A stretch of DNA of 64,000 bases from Tagaea sp. (GCA_965279525.1 CBDIIB010000005.1:1568001-1632000); one strand, 5' to 3'; positions 45,467 through 57,051 are shown, counted from the first letter of the stretch. Made by a program: numbers and translations. The notes: generated by a model from the sequence alone, not told the origin.

Positions 45467-47601
45467 CCCTTATCCCAGGCGAGCTTGAGTCCGACGGCGG
45501 CGAAGTCGCTGCGGATGCGCTCGTCGAAGGCGCGGCGCACGCGCCACTGCTTTCCCGGCAGGGTCTTGACGCGCGCCTTCAGCGTCTGGCCGACATCCGA
45601 GAATGCCGCGAGCCCGAGATCCTCATATTCACCGATCACCAGATCGGCGATCGCGGGATCGGCGGCAATGGCGTCGAACGCGCCGCGCATCGCGCGTGCG
45701 GCAGCGGCCGGGTCGGCCGAATAGCCGACCGCAGCCTCGAAGGTCGCATAGGCGAAATCCTTCGTCTGGTTCGAGATGATCGTCAGCGTGCCGAACGGGA
45801 TCGTGTGCAGCGTGCCGTCGGCCGAGCGCAGCTTGATCGCGCGCAGGCCGAGCGCTTCGACCGTGCCCGCCTTGTCGCCGAGCTGCACCACGTCGCCGAC
45901 CGCGAGCACGTCTTCGAGGATCATCGACACGCCGGTGATGAGGTCGCGCACCATGTTCTGGGCGCCGAGGCCGACGGCAAGGCCGAGCACGCCGGCACCG
46001 GCAAGCAGCGGCGTCACGTTGACGCCGATCTCGTTGAGCGTGACGAGCAGGACGAAGACCGTGAGGATAAGGAAGAGCGCCCGCTGCATCAGCGGCAGGA
46101 GCGTGCGCACGCGCGCGGACGTCCGCTCGGTCGGCGCCTCGTGCTCGCCCTTGCGCACGAGATAGCGCTCGAGGCCGGCGTTCGCGAACTCCCAGATCGC
46201 CAGCGCCATGATCACCGCGAAGGCGATGGCGAACAGGCCGCCGGCAACGCGCTGGCCCGTCGGCGTCGCGGCATATTCGAGCGTGCGGATGCCCCAGGCC
46301 TGCATGATCGCCAGCAGGGCAAGGCCGCTGATCGCCAGCACGATCAGCCGGCGTCCGGCACTGACATAGCGGTTGGCGCGGGTTTCGAGCGCGGGGAAAC
46401 GCTCGCGGAACTCGGGCGCGATGACGAAGGCGCGGTCGATCCCGTAGCCCGCCAGCAGCACGGCGGCACGCGCGATCCCCGCGATCACGACCGTCAGCAC
46501 GCTCGCCTGCACGATGAAGGCGAAGCCTTCGGGCCGGATGAGCCATGCGAACAGCGCCACGATGATGTAGGCGAGGGCAGCGACGTGCCAGTATTTGGCA
46601 AGACCCGGCCCCATGAAGCCCGCACGTCCGCGCGCGATCCAGCCTTCGCCGCTTGATGAGCGCATCAGAGCCTCGGCGACGGATTGGCGGTTCTGCAGGA
46701 CGACCGCGACGAACATCATCGCGACCACGACGCCGAGCAGCTTGACGGTGAAATTGTACGCCGCCTCCGGCATGCCGAGCAGGAGGGCCGCCTCGGCGGC
46801 GAAGTACCAGTAGACCGCGATGTTCGTCACGCGCCGGATCCACAGGAAGATGTAGACGGACGTCTCGTCATCCAGCGGCACGATGCGCCGGCCCGGATGG
46901 CGCGGGGCGAAGATCGTGTTGGCCACCAGCGCCACCGCGCGAGTCAGCAGGTTGGCATTGACGAACGAGATCGCCACGAGGCTTGCCGTACGGGTAGGCT
47001 GGACGACCCCCAGTGTCCCGATGGCGACCGCCGCGAAGATCGCGATCGGAACGATGCCGACGACGGCGTCGGCCGCGATCGGGAACGCGCGCCGCCACCC
47101 CGGTTCCACCGCCCGCGCTTCAAGGCGCTTGCGCAGCGGCCCGAGCGCCAGGAGCGCCAGCCGTTCCGCGATCCAGCCGGCCGCCAGCACCGCGACGAGC
47201 TTCCAGAGGATCTCGATCAGCCTGTCGCGGTTGCGCGTATCGTCGATCTGGCTGTCGAACCACGACATGAATTTGGGCGCATCGGCGACGAAAGCGGCGG
47301 CCCGCAGCACGGCCTTGGTCACGTCCTCGACCTGGTCGGAAAGCTGCTCGGCAAACGTGTTGGCCACGCGCGCGATCTGCTCGACGGGCGCGTCGACGGG
47401 GGCTGCGAGAGCCGGGACCTGGCCCGAACGCTGGATCTGCACGAGCGTGCGCAGCTGTTCGAGCAACTCGCCGCGGCTCGCGTCGTTCTCGATCGTCTGG
47501 ATCAGCTTCTCGATCTCGTCGGGCGAGGGCGTGTTCTGGGCCGTCGCCGGGACGGTCGCGAAGATGGCCACCAGCAAGAGGAGCGTGCGCAGGAGCGTCA
47601 T
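45463..47601 (-). CDS. Mechanosensitive ion channel (MscS/YbiO-like)
   Basis: Signal peptide, many TM helices, LLAGAGVLGLAVGLGAQ, VGDVV, GTVE. Confidence 0.9.
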   Translation of the reverse strand: MTLLRTLLLLVAIFATVPATAQNTPSPDEIEKLIQTIENDASRGELLEQLRTLVQIQRSGQVPALAAPVDAPVEQIARVANTFAEQLSDQVEDVTKAVLRAAAFVADAPKFMSWFDSQIDDTRNRDRLIEILWKLVAVLAAGWIAERLALLALGPLRKRLEARAVEPGWRRAFPIAADAVVGIVPIAIFAAVAIGTLGVVQPTRTASLVAISFVNANLLTRAVALVANTIFAPRHPGRRIVPLDDETSVYIFLWIRRVTNIAVYWYFAAEAALLLGMPEAAYNFTVKLLGVVVAMMFVAVVLQNRQSVAEALMRSSSGEGWIARGRAGFMGPGLAKYWHVAALAYIIVALFAWLIRPEGFAFIVQASVLTVVIAGIARAAVLLAGYGIDRAFVIAPEFRERFPALETRANRYVSAGRRLIVLAISGLALLAIMQAWGIRTLEYAATPTGQRVAGGLFAIAFAVIMALAIWEFANAGLERYLVRKGEHEAPTERTSARVRTLLPLMQRALFLILTVFVLLVTLNEIGVNVTPLLAGAGVLGLAVGLGAQNMVRDLITGVSMILEDVLAVGDVVQLGDKAGTVEALGLRAIKLRSADGTLHTIPFGTLTIISNQTKDFAYATFEAAVGYSADPAAAARAMRGAFDAIAADPAIADLVIGEYEDLGLAAFSDVGQTLKARVKTLPGKQWRVRRAFDERIRSDFAAVGLKLAWDKG

Positions 47602-48542
47602 CGTTTTTCGTGCATCCGTTCGAAGTCGACGTAGCCGTCGTCGCGATGGCCGTAGTCGCAGAGCTCTGGATGCAGGATTTCGGCGAGGATTTCCAGCGAT
47701 TCGACCAGACGAGGACCGGGCCGGTTGAAGTAGCGGTTGCCGTCGGCGATGAAGATGCGCGCTTGCAGCGCCCGCCACCAGGGCCGGTCGGCCAGTGCGG
47801 CAATTTCCGTGCGCGTGCGCGCGATGTCGAAGCCGCAAGGCACGACGAGCACGATGTCGGGTGCCGCAGCGACAAGCGCTTCGGGATCGAGCCACGGCGA
47901 ATGCGCGCCGGCTTCGCCGAACAGGTTCTCCCCGCCGGCCATCGCGACGAGTTCGGGCATCCAGTTGCCGCCCGCCATCGGCGGATCGAGCCATTCCAAC
48001 GTCGCGACCCGTGGACGCGCGTTCGATGCAGCACAACGTGCCGCGATATCGTCCATCTGGCGGCGCATCTGGGCAACGAGCGATGCGCCGGCTTCCGTCC
48101 GGTCGAGGGCGCTCGCCACGCGGCCGATGTCGGCCAGCACGTCGGCCAGCGTAGCGGGATTGAGGGCAAGGATCTGCGGCCGTGTGCCTGTCCAGGTCGC
48201 GAGTGCCGCTTCGACATCGGCCGGGCTCACGGCGCAGACCTCGCACAGCGTCTGCGTCACGACCAGATCGGGCCGGACCTCGCGCAGTGCTGCCGCATCG
48301 ACCCGGTAGATCGAAAGGGCGGCTTCAAGGCAGGCGCGGACATCGGCTTCGATGGCGGCCGACGGCCGGGCCGGGTCGATGCGCGGGGCGGAGATCGCCG
48401 GGAGGTCGCGGACCGCGGCGGGGAAGTCGCATTCGTGGCTGCGCGCGACGAGTTCGCCGGCAGCACCCAGCGCAGAGACGATCTCGGTCGCCGACGGAAG
48501 CAGGGAAACCACGCGCCGCATGGCTTGCGCCGGCCTTGTCAT
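47598..48542 (-). CDS. Cobalamin/iron-siderophore-type periplasmic binding protein (BtuF-like)
   Basis: VVSLLPSATEI, SHECDFP, TQTLCEVCAV, GNWMPEL, YFNRPGPRL. Confidence 0.85.
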   Translation of the reverse strand: MTRPAQAMRRVVSLLPSATEIVSALGAAGELVARSHECDFPAAVRDLPAISAPRIDPARPSAAIEADVRACLEAALSIYRVDAAALREVRPDLVVTQTLCEVCAVSPADVEAALATWTGTRPQILALNPATLADVLADIGRVASALDRTEAGASLVAQMRRQMDDIAARCAASNARPRVATLEWLDPPMAGGNWMPELVAMAGGENLFGEAGAHSPWLDPEALVAAAPDIVLVVPCGFDIARTRTEIAALADRPWWRALQARIFIADGNRYFNRPGPRLVESLEILAEILHPELCDYGHRDDGYVDFERMHEKR

Positions 48543-48651
48543 CGTGCGATGTGCTCCCTTTGACAGCCGTGCGCTCTCCCGCTCATATACACCCACAAAT
48601 CCCAAGGTGCCGCAAGGCACCGCCCAACCGTCTTCCACGAGGAACGCCGCC

Positions 48652-49683
48652 ATGATCCGTCTCACGCGCCGCGCCGCCCTTGCCGGGGCCGCCGGCATCC
48701 TTGCCGCTCCCTCGCTCGCGCGCGCTCAGGCGCTCACCAAGACCTCCGTGGGCGTGCTGCGCCTCTCGTCGTCGGGTCCGGTCTTCATCGCCGCCGAGCG
48801 CGGCTACTGGCGCGAGGCGGGGCTCGATGTCGAGCTCAAGTACTTCACCGCCGCCCAGCAGGTCCCCGTCGCGGTCACGTCGGGCGACGCGGATTTCGGC
48901 GTGACGGGCCTGACGGCCGCCTTCTTCAACCTTGCGGGCAAGGGTGCCCTCAAGATCGTCGCGGCGCAGAGCCGCGAGGCGAAGGGCTTCCCGCTCGTCG
49001 CCTACATGGCGACCAACGCCGCGATCGAGAAGGGCTTCCGGTCGGTCAAGGATTTCGCCGGCAAGCGCGTCGGCATCACGACTGCGGGATCGACCTTCCA
49101 TTATTCGCTCGGCCTGCTCGCGAAGAAATACGGCTTCGATCTTGCGAGCGTCACGCTCGTCCCGCTCCAGACGCTCCCCAACATGCAGGCCGCGTTCAAG
49201 GGTGGCCAGGTCGATGCGGTGCTCGCCCCGGTCACGCTGGCGCGCGCCCTAGAAGCCGACAAATCCGGCAAGATCCTCGCCTGGGTCGGCGACGAGACGC
49301 CCTGGCAGCTCGGCGCCCTGTTCACCAGCCCGCGCGCCATCGCCGAGCGGCGCGACGTGGTCGAGCGGTTCATCCGCGGCTACCTGCGCGGGGCGGACGA
49401 CTTCAATGCCGCTTTCAACCAGCGCGATGCCGCCGGAAACGAAGTGCGGGGCACGCGTTTCGCCGAGACGATCGGCGTGGTCGCGCGTGCGGTCCAGCAG
49501 GCACCCGAACTCGTCTCGATCGGCTTGCCGTTCGTCGACGGACAGGGTCGCCTCGATGTCGGCGACATCTACAACCAGATCTCGTTCTGGCAGCAGGCGG
49601 GCCTTGTCGCGCGCGACGTCAACGGCAAGGACATCGTCGATCTTTCCTTCGTGCGCGGGCACATGAACGTCCCCCGGAGCTGA
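48652..49683 (+). CDS. ABC transporter substrate-binding protein (SsuA/TauA/NMT1-like), Tat signal
   Basis: TRRAAL leader, FIAAERGY...GLDVEL, GSTFHY. Confidence 0.88.
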   Translation: MIRLTRRAALAGAAGILAAPSLARAQALTKTSVGVLRLSSSGPVFIAAERGYWREAGLDVELKYFTAAQQVPVAVTSGDADFGVTGLTAAFFNLAGKGALKIVAAQSREAKGFPLVAYMATNAAIEKGFRSVKDFAGKRVGITTAGSTFHYSLGLLAKKYGFDLASVTLVPLQTLPNMQAAFKGGQVDAVLAPVTLARALEADKSGKILAWVGDETPWQLGALFTSPRAIAERRDVVERFIRGYLRGADDFNAAFNQRDAAGNEVRGTRFAETIGVVARAVQQAPELVSIGLPFVDGQGRLDVGDIYNQISFWQQAGLVARDVNGKDIVDLSFVRGHMNVPRS

Positions 49684-49684
49684 C

Positions 49685-50450
<766 letters not shown>

Positions 50451-50458
<8 letters not shown>

Positions 50459-51239
50459 GCGTCGCCCGGTCGCGTTCCGCGGCGGCGGCTTCGCGCATGT
50501 GCCGGTCCGCGGTGCCGCGGCCGCCGCGTTCGTCGGGCTGCTGGCGCTGTGGGAGTTCTCGGTCGGGCGCGGCTACGTCTCGCCGATCTTCCTGCCTGCA
50601 CCCAGTGCCGTCCTTGCAGCTCTGGCCGACCTCTGGGAGGCCGGCACGCTGTGGCGGCATGTCTCGGAAAGTCTCGTGCGGCTGGCGGGCGGCTGGACGG
50701 TCGGCACGCTGGCGGGGCTCGCCGCCGGGTTCGCGATCGGCGTGTGGTCGCTCGGCCGTTCGGTCGGCGTGCCGTTCGTCTCCGCCCTGTTCCCGATCCC
50801 GAAGATCTCGCTGCTGCCGCTGCTGATCCTGTGGCTCGGCATCGGCGAAGCCTCGAAGGTCGCCACCATCGCGCTGGGCGTGTTCTTCCCGACGGCGATC
50901 GCGACCTATGCGGCCATCGATGCCGTGCCGCGCAACCTGATCCGGATGGCCCAGAGCTTCGACCTGCCGGCCGGCGACGTGCTGCGCAAGATCGTGCTGC
51001 CGGGTGCCTTGCCCGGGATCCTGGCGGGCTTCCGCATCAGCACGTCGATCGCCCTGATCCTGCTCGTTTCCGCCGAGATGATCGGTGCCCAGTACGGGAT
51101 CGGCGCCTTCATCCTGCAAGCCGGCAACCTGATGCTGACCGACCAGCTGCTGGCCGGGGTGCTGCTGATCTCGATTCTCGGACTCGTGGTCGGGACGGCC
51201 CTGACGCGGCTGGAAAAATGGCTGCTGCGCTGGCGCTGA
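50451..51239 (+). CDS. ABC transporter permease (TauC/SsuC-like)
   Basis: PIPKISLLPL, AEMIGA..GIG. Confidence 0.92.
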
Positions 51240-51331
51240 TCCGCCTTCATTCCGACGCCGTTTGAGAGTATCGAGGCGAAAGGTTCCCAGCGACTCGGGG
51301 GGAAGGGAACCGGAATCGAGACGTAACCCAG

Positions 51332-53374
51332 ATGATCGAAGTGGGAATCGTCGGGGGTGGACCCGGCGGCCTGATGGCGGCAAGACACTTCAAGGCGAAG
51401 TGCTCCGACCGCGTCCGCGTGACCGTTTTCGAGGCGACGGACCGGCTCGGCGGCAAGCTCCTGACCCGGAAGTTTCCCGCAAGCGGCATCGCCTACGATG
51501 CCGGCGTGGCGGAGATCTACGACTATTCAGCACTCGGCGACGATCCGCTGGCGATGTTGGTCGGCGAACTGGGGTTGACCAGCCGGCCGATCGATTCGGC
51601 CACGTTCGTCGTCGGCGGCCGCATCCTCGCCGGCATGGAGGCCGTCGGCCGCGAACTCGGCGGCGAGACGCGCCGCCAGATCGAGGATTTCCGCCGCCTC
51701 TGCGCCGAGACGATCTCGCCTTCGGAATACTATGACGGCCGCGGCGACAGTGCCGCGGCAAGGGTGCTCGGCCGGACGAACGGCCAGGACCTGCTCCATC
51801 GGCACGTGCGCGACGATGCGGCCAGGCGGTTCCTGCGCGCGGCCGTCCATAGCGACGTCGCGGCGGATCTCCACCAGACCAATGCCCTCAACGCGATGCG
51901 CAACGTGCTGATGGATGTCCACGGCTATATCGAGCTGCGCAAGGTCCATGGCGGCGCGCAAGGCATCGCCGATGCGCTGGCGAAGGACCTGACCGACCGG
52001 AAGGCGGCGGAGTTCGAATTCGGCATGCGCATCGCCCGGATCGGCCGCACGCAAGGCGGGCGCTATCGCGTGACGGCCGATGGTGCAGGCGGGCCGACGA
52101 CTCGCGAATTCGACGTGCTGGTCGTCGCGTTGCCGCTGAGCGCGCTTGCCCAGCTCGAATGGGAGGGCGACACGCTCGATGCGGCGATGGCCCGCCACAT
52201 CCGCCGTTTCGACCGGCCCGGCCATTATCTGCGGGTCAGCATCCTGTTCGACAAGCCTTTCTGGCGCGAGCGCATCGCGGACGATTGGTGGATCAGCGAC
52301 GCGTTCGGCGGCTGCTGCGTCTACGACGAAAGCGCACGCGGCGACTGCGGCGATGCCGGGGTGCTCGGCTGGTTGATCGCGGGCAATGCGGCCCTCGAGA
52401 TGGCCAATCTCGACGATGCGACGATCGTCGCGCGGGTCCTCGACAGCCTGCCGGCGGATATGAAGCCCGGCGCACGCATGCGCGAAGCGGGCGTCCATCG
52501 CTGGCTTTCGTCGGTCAACGCCGTGCCGGGCGGGGAACCGGAGCGCGACATCTTCACCAACCACGTGCCGGAGCCTTCGGCTCATCCGGCGCTCTATCTT
52601 GTCGGCGACTACCTGTTCGATTCGACGATCAATGCCGTGATCGATTCGGCCGACGCGGCAAGCGATCTGGCACTCGACGCGGTGGTACGCCTGCAGCCGC
52701 GCAAGAAGCCGCCGGCCCGGCGCATCGGTCGGGCGCATTTCGCGAACTATCGCGGGCTCGGCGACTACCCGGCCGTCTGGAACAGATTTCTCGATGCGCG
52801 CACGATCCGGAATCTCGCGCAGGCGGTCTGGGGCGCCGGCGACGGGTTCTCGATCCTCGATGCGGGCTCGGCATGCGGGCTGCTCGTCGGCGGGCTGCGC
52901 GACGAAGGGCTCGATGCGCGGGGCATCGAGAACAACCGGGACATCCATGCCCGGACGCCGACGGAACTTGCCGGTTTCAATCTTCTCGGCGACGTGCGCG
53001 ATCTGCCGTTCCCGGACGGACATTTTGACGTCGTCTACGAGACGTGTCTGGCACATGTTCCGGACAACTCGCTCGCCGACGCGATTGCCGAACTCCGGCG
53101 CGTGTCCCGGCACGGCGTGTTCTTCGGGTCGGTCACGGCCGAGCTCGCCCTCCATCATGCCGGCCGGTACGATCTGGTCGATGGCGTGCCGCGCCTGCGC
53201 GCGTGCTGGGAATGGTCCGACCATATGCGCGATGCGGGATTCATGCCTGCACTGGACGATCCGCAGCGGCTTGCCGCGGCGTGGCGGGATGTTCTGGCAG
53301 CCGGCTTCGGCCCCGACGCGTGGTTCGACGATGCCGACAGCCTGCGCCACTGCTTCTATTCGACGTCCGGCTAG
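51332..53374 (+). CDS. Flavin amine oxidase-family domain fused to class I SAM-dependent methyltransferase
   Basis: VGGGPGGL, FEATDRLGGK, YLVGDY; C-terminal ILDAGSACG, GDVRDLPFPDGHFDVV. Confidence 0.82.
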   Translation: MIEVGIVGGGPGGLMAARHFKAKCSDRVRVTVFEATDRLGGKLLTRKFPASGIAYDAGVAEIYDYSALGDDPLAMLVGELGLTSRPIDSATFVVGGRILAGMEAVGRELGGETRRQIEDFRRLCAETISPSEYYDGRGDSAAARVLGRTNGQDLLHRHVRDDAARRFLRAAVHSDVAADLHQTNALNAMRNVLMDVHGYIELRKVHGGAQGIADALAKDLTDRKAAEFEFGMRIARIGRTQGGRYRVTADGAGGPTTREFDVLVVALPLSALAQLEWEGDTLDAAMARHIRRFDRPGHYLRVSILFDKPFWRERIADDWWISDAFGGCCVYDESARGDCGDAGVLGWLIAGNAALEMANLDDATIVARVLDSLPADMKPGARMREAGVHRWLSSVNAVPGGEPERDIFTNHVPEPSAHPALYLVGDYLFDSTINAVIDSADAASDLALDAVVRLQPRKKPPARRIGRAHFANYRGLGDYPAVWNRFLDARTIRNLAQAVWGAGDGFSILDAGSACGLLVGGLRDEGLDARGIENNRDIHARTPTELAGFNLLGDVRDLPFPDGHFDVVYETCLAHVPDNSLADAIAELRRVSRHGVFFGSVTAELALHHAGRYDLVDGVPRLRACWEWSDHMRDAGFMPALDDPQRLAAAWRDVLAAGFGPDAWFDDADSLRHCFYSTSG

Positions 53375-53383
53375 CGGGGCGAC

Positions 53384-55216
53384 ATGGACAGGCAGCCGGA
53401 AGCGATCGACGACGAGGAAGACGACGACGAACCGGTCGAAGCCGAGCGCCGCCAGTTCACCTTTGCCGATGTCCGGGCCTCGCTTGGCGCGCTGTGGCGC
53501 TTCCTCGCCCCCTACATCCTGCGCCGGCCGCGTGCGCTGTGGGCGCTGGCGGCGTGCATCGGCGTCGAGACCGCCTTCAATGTCGCGTTTCCGCTCTGTC
53601 TCAAATACCTGCTCGACTCGGTCCTCGACGAAGGTCGGTGGGACACGCTGGTCCTGCTCCTGTCGCTGCTGGCGGGGCTTGGTGCGGTCGCCGCCGTCGC
53701 GATGGTCGCGGGCGAGTGGCTGAATGCGCGCCTGGGTGCCGAGGCGATGTCCTCGATCCGCGTCGACCTGTTCGACCGCATCCAGCGCGTCACGCTCAGC
53801 TATATCGACCGCGCGCAATCGGGCCGGATCCTGTCGCGCCTGTCGAACGACGTCGGCACGCTCGACAGCATCGTCATGCACGGCGTCGATTGGGGGTTGC
53901 TGCCGCTGCTCGAGCTTGTCGGCGCCATCGCGCTGCTGTTCTGGCTTTCGCCGGAGATGGCGGTCGTGGCGATGGCCATCTTCCCGCTGACGCTTCTGGG
54001 GCCGCGCCTGTTCGCACCGCGCGCGGTCGAAGCGGGTTACCGCCTCAAGCGCCGGATGGCCGATGCGCTGTCGGCGACCGGCGAAAGCCTGGGCGCGCAG
54101 AAGCTGGTCCGCGCCTATGCGCTCCAGCGCCGCCTGGCGACGCGATACCGCGCGCGCAACGCGAACGTCCGCCGCGGCGCGTTCCGCGTGCGGTTCTTCG
54201 AAGCGCTGATCGAGCGCTCGGCGGCCATCTCCGTCCTCGTCCTGCACCTCGCCGTCTTCGGCATCGGTGCGGTACTGACGTTCGAGGAAGTCATCACGGT
54301 GGGCACGTTCATCGCGTTCGAATCGGTGTTCTGGGAGCTCAGCTACAACATCGTGCATCTCACCCAGTTCATACCCGACGTGGTCGGCGGTGCGGCGGCA
54401 CTGCGCCATATCGACGAGTTCCGCGAGGCACCCGCCGCTCCCGCGGATCTGCCGAATGCGCCCGAAGCGGCACAGTTCCGGCACGAGATCCGGTTCGAGA
54501 ATGTCGGGTTCGCCTATGACGACGCGCAGCCGTGCCTTGCCGACGTGTCGTTCGCCATCCCGTCGGGCAGCAGGGTCGCGATCGTCGGCGAGAGCGGATC
54601 GGGAAAGAGCACGCTGCTGGCTCTGCTGCTGCGCCTGCATCTGCCGCAGACGGGGCGCATCCTGATGGACGGCGTCGACATGGCGAACTTGTCGGGCGAC
54701 AGCCTGCGCGCCCAGATGGCCATCGTGTTCCAGGACAACGTGCTGTTCGGCACGACGATCCGCGAGAACATCCGGCTCGGCAGCCGTGCTGCACAGGATG
54801 CCGACATCGCGGCCGCCGCCAGGCAGGCGGGGATCCACCGCTTCATCATGTCGCTGCCGGACGGCTACGACACGCTCCTGGGCGAGCGCGGCGATACGCT
54901 TTCGCAAGGCCAGCGCCAGCGCATCGGCATCGCGCGCGCGATGGTACGCAATCCGGCGATCCTGCTGCTCGACGAGGCGACCTCGGCGCTCGATTCCACG
55001 ACCCGCGGCGAGATCCTCGCCACGCTGGCGAAAGTCGGCAAGGACCGCACGCTCGTGACGGTCACGCACGACCTGGCGGCGGTCGTCGCGTACGACCGGA
55101 TCTTCGTGCTGGCCGAAGGCCGGATCGTCCAGCAGGGTCGCCACGACGAGCTTGTCGCCGCCGACGGTCCCTATCGCCGCCTGTGGCGCCAGACGCCTTC
55201 GGGTGCTGACGACTGA
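53384..55216 (+). CDS. ABC exporter, fused permease/ATPase (MsbA-like)
   Basis: TM domain, GESGSGKS, LSQGQRQR, LLLDEATSALD. Confidence 0.92.
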   Translation: MDRQPEAIDDEEDDDEPVEAERRQFTFADVRASLGALWRFLAPYILRRPRALWALAACIGVETAFNVAFPLCLKYLLDSVLDEGRWDTLVLLLSLLAGLGAVAAVAMVAGEWLNARLGAEAMSSIRVDLFDRIQRVTLSYIDRAQSGRILSRLSNDVGTLDSIVMHGVDWGLLPLLELVGAIALLFWLSPEMAVVAMAIFPLTLLGPRLFAPRAVEAGYRLKRRMADALSATGESLGAQKLVRAYALQRRLATRYRARNANVRRGAFRVRFFEALIERSAAISVLVLHLAVFGIGAVLTFEEVITVGTFIAFESVFWELSYNIVHLTQFIPDVVGGAAALRHIDEFREAPAAPADLPNAPEAAQFRHEIRFENVGFAYDDAQPCLADVSFAIPSGSRVAIVGESGSGKSTLLALLLRLHLPQTGRILMDGVDMANLSGDSLRAQMAIVFQDNVLFGTTIRENIRLGSRAAQDADIAAAARQAGIHRFIMSLPDGYDTLLGERGDTLSQGQRQRIGIARAMVRNPAILLLDEATSALDSTTRGEILATLAKVGKDRTLVTVTHDLAAVVAYDRIFVLAEGRIVQQGRHDELVAADGPYRRLWRQTPSGADD

Positions 55217-55301
55217 GCGGACGCGACACCGGCCGGATGTCGTGTATAGAGTCTACCCACCGGATCGGGCGGCATCCCGGCCACCAATGAAGGAGTCGGC
55301 C

Positions 55302-55757
55302 ATGAAATCGCGAGCAATACTCCAGGGATTGGCGCTCGTCGTCGCGATCCTCGCAGCCCCGTTCGCGTATGCGGGCGAGAATGTCCGCGCGGACAACCGG
55401 CTGTCGATCTGGACACCGGACCAGTGGGTCGTCGTGCCGGGCGGAAAGCGCTTCGAGGCGCACAATCCGCCCACGACCGTCTACGTCGTCGCGGCGCGTC
55501 TTCCGGGCGCCGCCGCGAATGCGACGGCACTTGTGCGCGCGTATATCGAAGAAGAGCTCGACGAGGTCGAGTACAAGGGCGGTGAGTTCTCCGGAACGGC
55601 GGAGGACGAAGGCGAGGATGTCGAGTTCGTGGCGCGCTCGATCGTCGACGGCGCGGACCTGATCGTCGTGCTGACCTACGGCGAGACCGCAGTGGTCGCC
55701 CAGGCCGGTCCGCGGCAGGCGCTCGAGCGCATCCGTGCCAGCCTGAAGGCGCAATAA
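55302..55757 (+). CDS. Exported acidic hypothetical protein
   Basis: RBS AAGGAG, signal peptide ending AYA-G, acidic core EEELDEVE...EDEGEDVE. Confidence 0.75.
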   Translation: MKSRAILQGLALVVAILAAPFAYAGENVRADNRLSIWTPDQWVVVPGGKRFEAHNPPTTVYVVAARLPGAAANATALVRAYIEEELDEVEYKGGEFSGTAEDEGEDVEFVARSIVDGADLIVVLTYGETAVVAQAGPRQALERIRASLKAQ

Positions 55758-55770
55758 GACCACCCGCGCG

Positions 55771-57051
55771 ATGACAGATCCGTCTGCCACCCGCCTCGTC
55801 CGCCGCGAACCGGAGCCGCAGGTGCGGGTCGTCGAGGCCGATCTCTGCGTGGTCGGTGCGGGCGCCGCAGGCATGTCCGCCGCACTCGAAGCCGCGGCTC
55901 TGGGTGCGCGCGTTGTACTCGTCGATGGGGCAGCCCAGCTCGGCGGACAGTCGGTCGGCTCGGTCATCGGGACCTTCTGCGGGCTCTACTCGAACGGACC
56001 TGCGCCGGTCCAGGTCACGCACGGCATCGCCGACGGGATCATCGCCGACCTTTCGGAGTCGGGCGATCTCGAAAGCCTGCCCAGCCGCCGCAACACGCGC
56101 ATCCTGCGCTATCGGGCGAACGGACTCGTGCGCTGGTACGAGCGGCGCGCGGCGACGGCCGGGTTGAAGCTTCTTCTGGGTGCCAACATCGTGCGGGTCG
56201 CCCGTTCGGGCCGGCGGATCTCGCATGTCGATCTCGCCACGCGCTATGGCGCGTATCGGGTCGTGGCCTCGGGATTCGTCGATGCGTCGGGAGATGCGGC
56301 ATTGGCCTTCGAGGCCGGCGCTGAATGCCGCATGCCCGAACGGCCGGTCTTCGGGACGAGCATGTTCACGCTCGTTGGCGTCGATCCGGCGTTCGTCGAA
56401 CGTGCGTCGATCGAGGCGGCCCTTGCCGCGCGCGGCGCCGATTGGGGCTTGCGCCGGCGCGACGGGTTCGTCTTCGCGTCCGTGACAGGCGGCGAGGCGC
56501 TCGTCAACATGACGCATATCGACACGCCGCTCGAAGCGCTTGCCGCGGCCGATGCGATGCTCGACGGGCGTGATCAGGTCGACCGGCTCGTCGGCTTCCT
56601 GAAGGTAGAGTTCCCGCAAGCCTTCGCGAACGCCCGGGTCGACGTTTACGGCCTGCCCGGCATCCGGCAGACGCGCTGGATCGCCGGTGCCCGCCAGCTT
56701 GGCGTCGAGGACGTGCGTGCGGGGACGCGTTTTGACGATGCGGTGGCGCGCTGTTCGTGGCCCATCGAGCTGCACGACCGCTCCGATCTGGTAACCTGGG
56801 AGCAATTCGGCGACGACCACATGCACTACGTGCCGTTCGGCGCGCAGGTATCGCCGGCACTCGACAATCTGGTCGCGGCGGGGCGCTGCGTGGATGGCGA
56901 CGTGGCTGCCTTGTCGTCGATCCGCGTCATGGGGCCGTGCATCGCGATGGGGGCGGCGGCGGCCCACGCCCTCGATCTTGCCGGGGCAGGATCGGTCCAT
57001 CAGATCGACATCGCCGCCCTGCAGGCGCGGCTGGCTGCCAATCTGGGCTGA
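55771..57051 (+). CDS. FAD-dependent oxidoreductase (FAD_oxidored family)
   Basis: VVGAGAAG, VDASGDA, GIRQTR, NLVAAGRC, RVMGPCIAMG. Confidence 0.88.
   Translation: MTDPSATRLVRREPEPQVRVVEADLCVVGAGAAGMSAALEAAALGARVVLVDGAAQLGGQSVGSVIGTFCGLYSNGPAPVQVTHGIADGIIADLSESGDLESLPSRRNTRILRYRANGLVRWYERRAATAGLKLLLGANIVRVARSGRRISHVDLATRYGAYRVVASGFVDASGDAALAFEAGAECRMPERPVFGTSMFTLVGVDPAFVERASIEAALAARGADWGLRRRDGFVFASVTGGEALVNMTHIDTPLEALAAADAMLDGRDQVDRLVGFLKVEFPQAFANARVDVYGLPGIRQTRWIAGARQLGVEDVRAGTRFDDAVARCSWPIELHDRSDLVTWEQFGDDHMHYVPFGAQVSPALDNLVAAGRCVDGDVAALSSIRVMGPCIAMGAAAAHALDLAGAGSVHQIDIAALQARLAANLG

Noticed and set aside
48543-48651. B12 riboswitch upstream of the BtuF-like gene
   Set aside because: The region is only about 110 bp, is shared by divergent genes and has no B12 box
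51278-51320. Hairpin GGTTCCC...GGGAACC resembling the start of a cobalamin riboswitch
   Set aside because: Lacks the GCCCCCGCAACTGT core and is too short; may be a simple hairpin
51527-55144. 1205-aa minus-strand ORF, and similar long ORFs such as 29235-32240, 527-1966 and 40984-43206
   Set aside because: Antisense shadows of well-supported genes, expected in high-GC DNA; no motifs of their own
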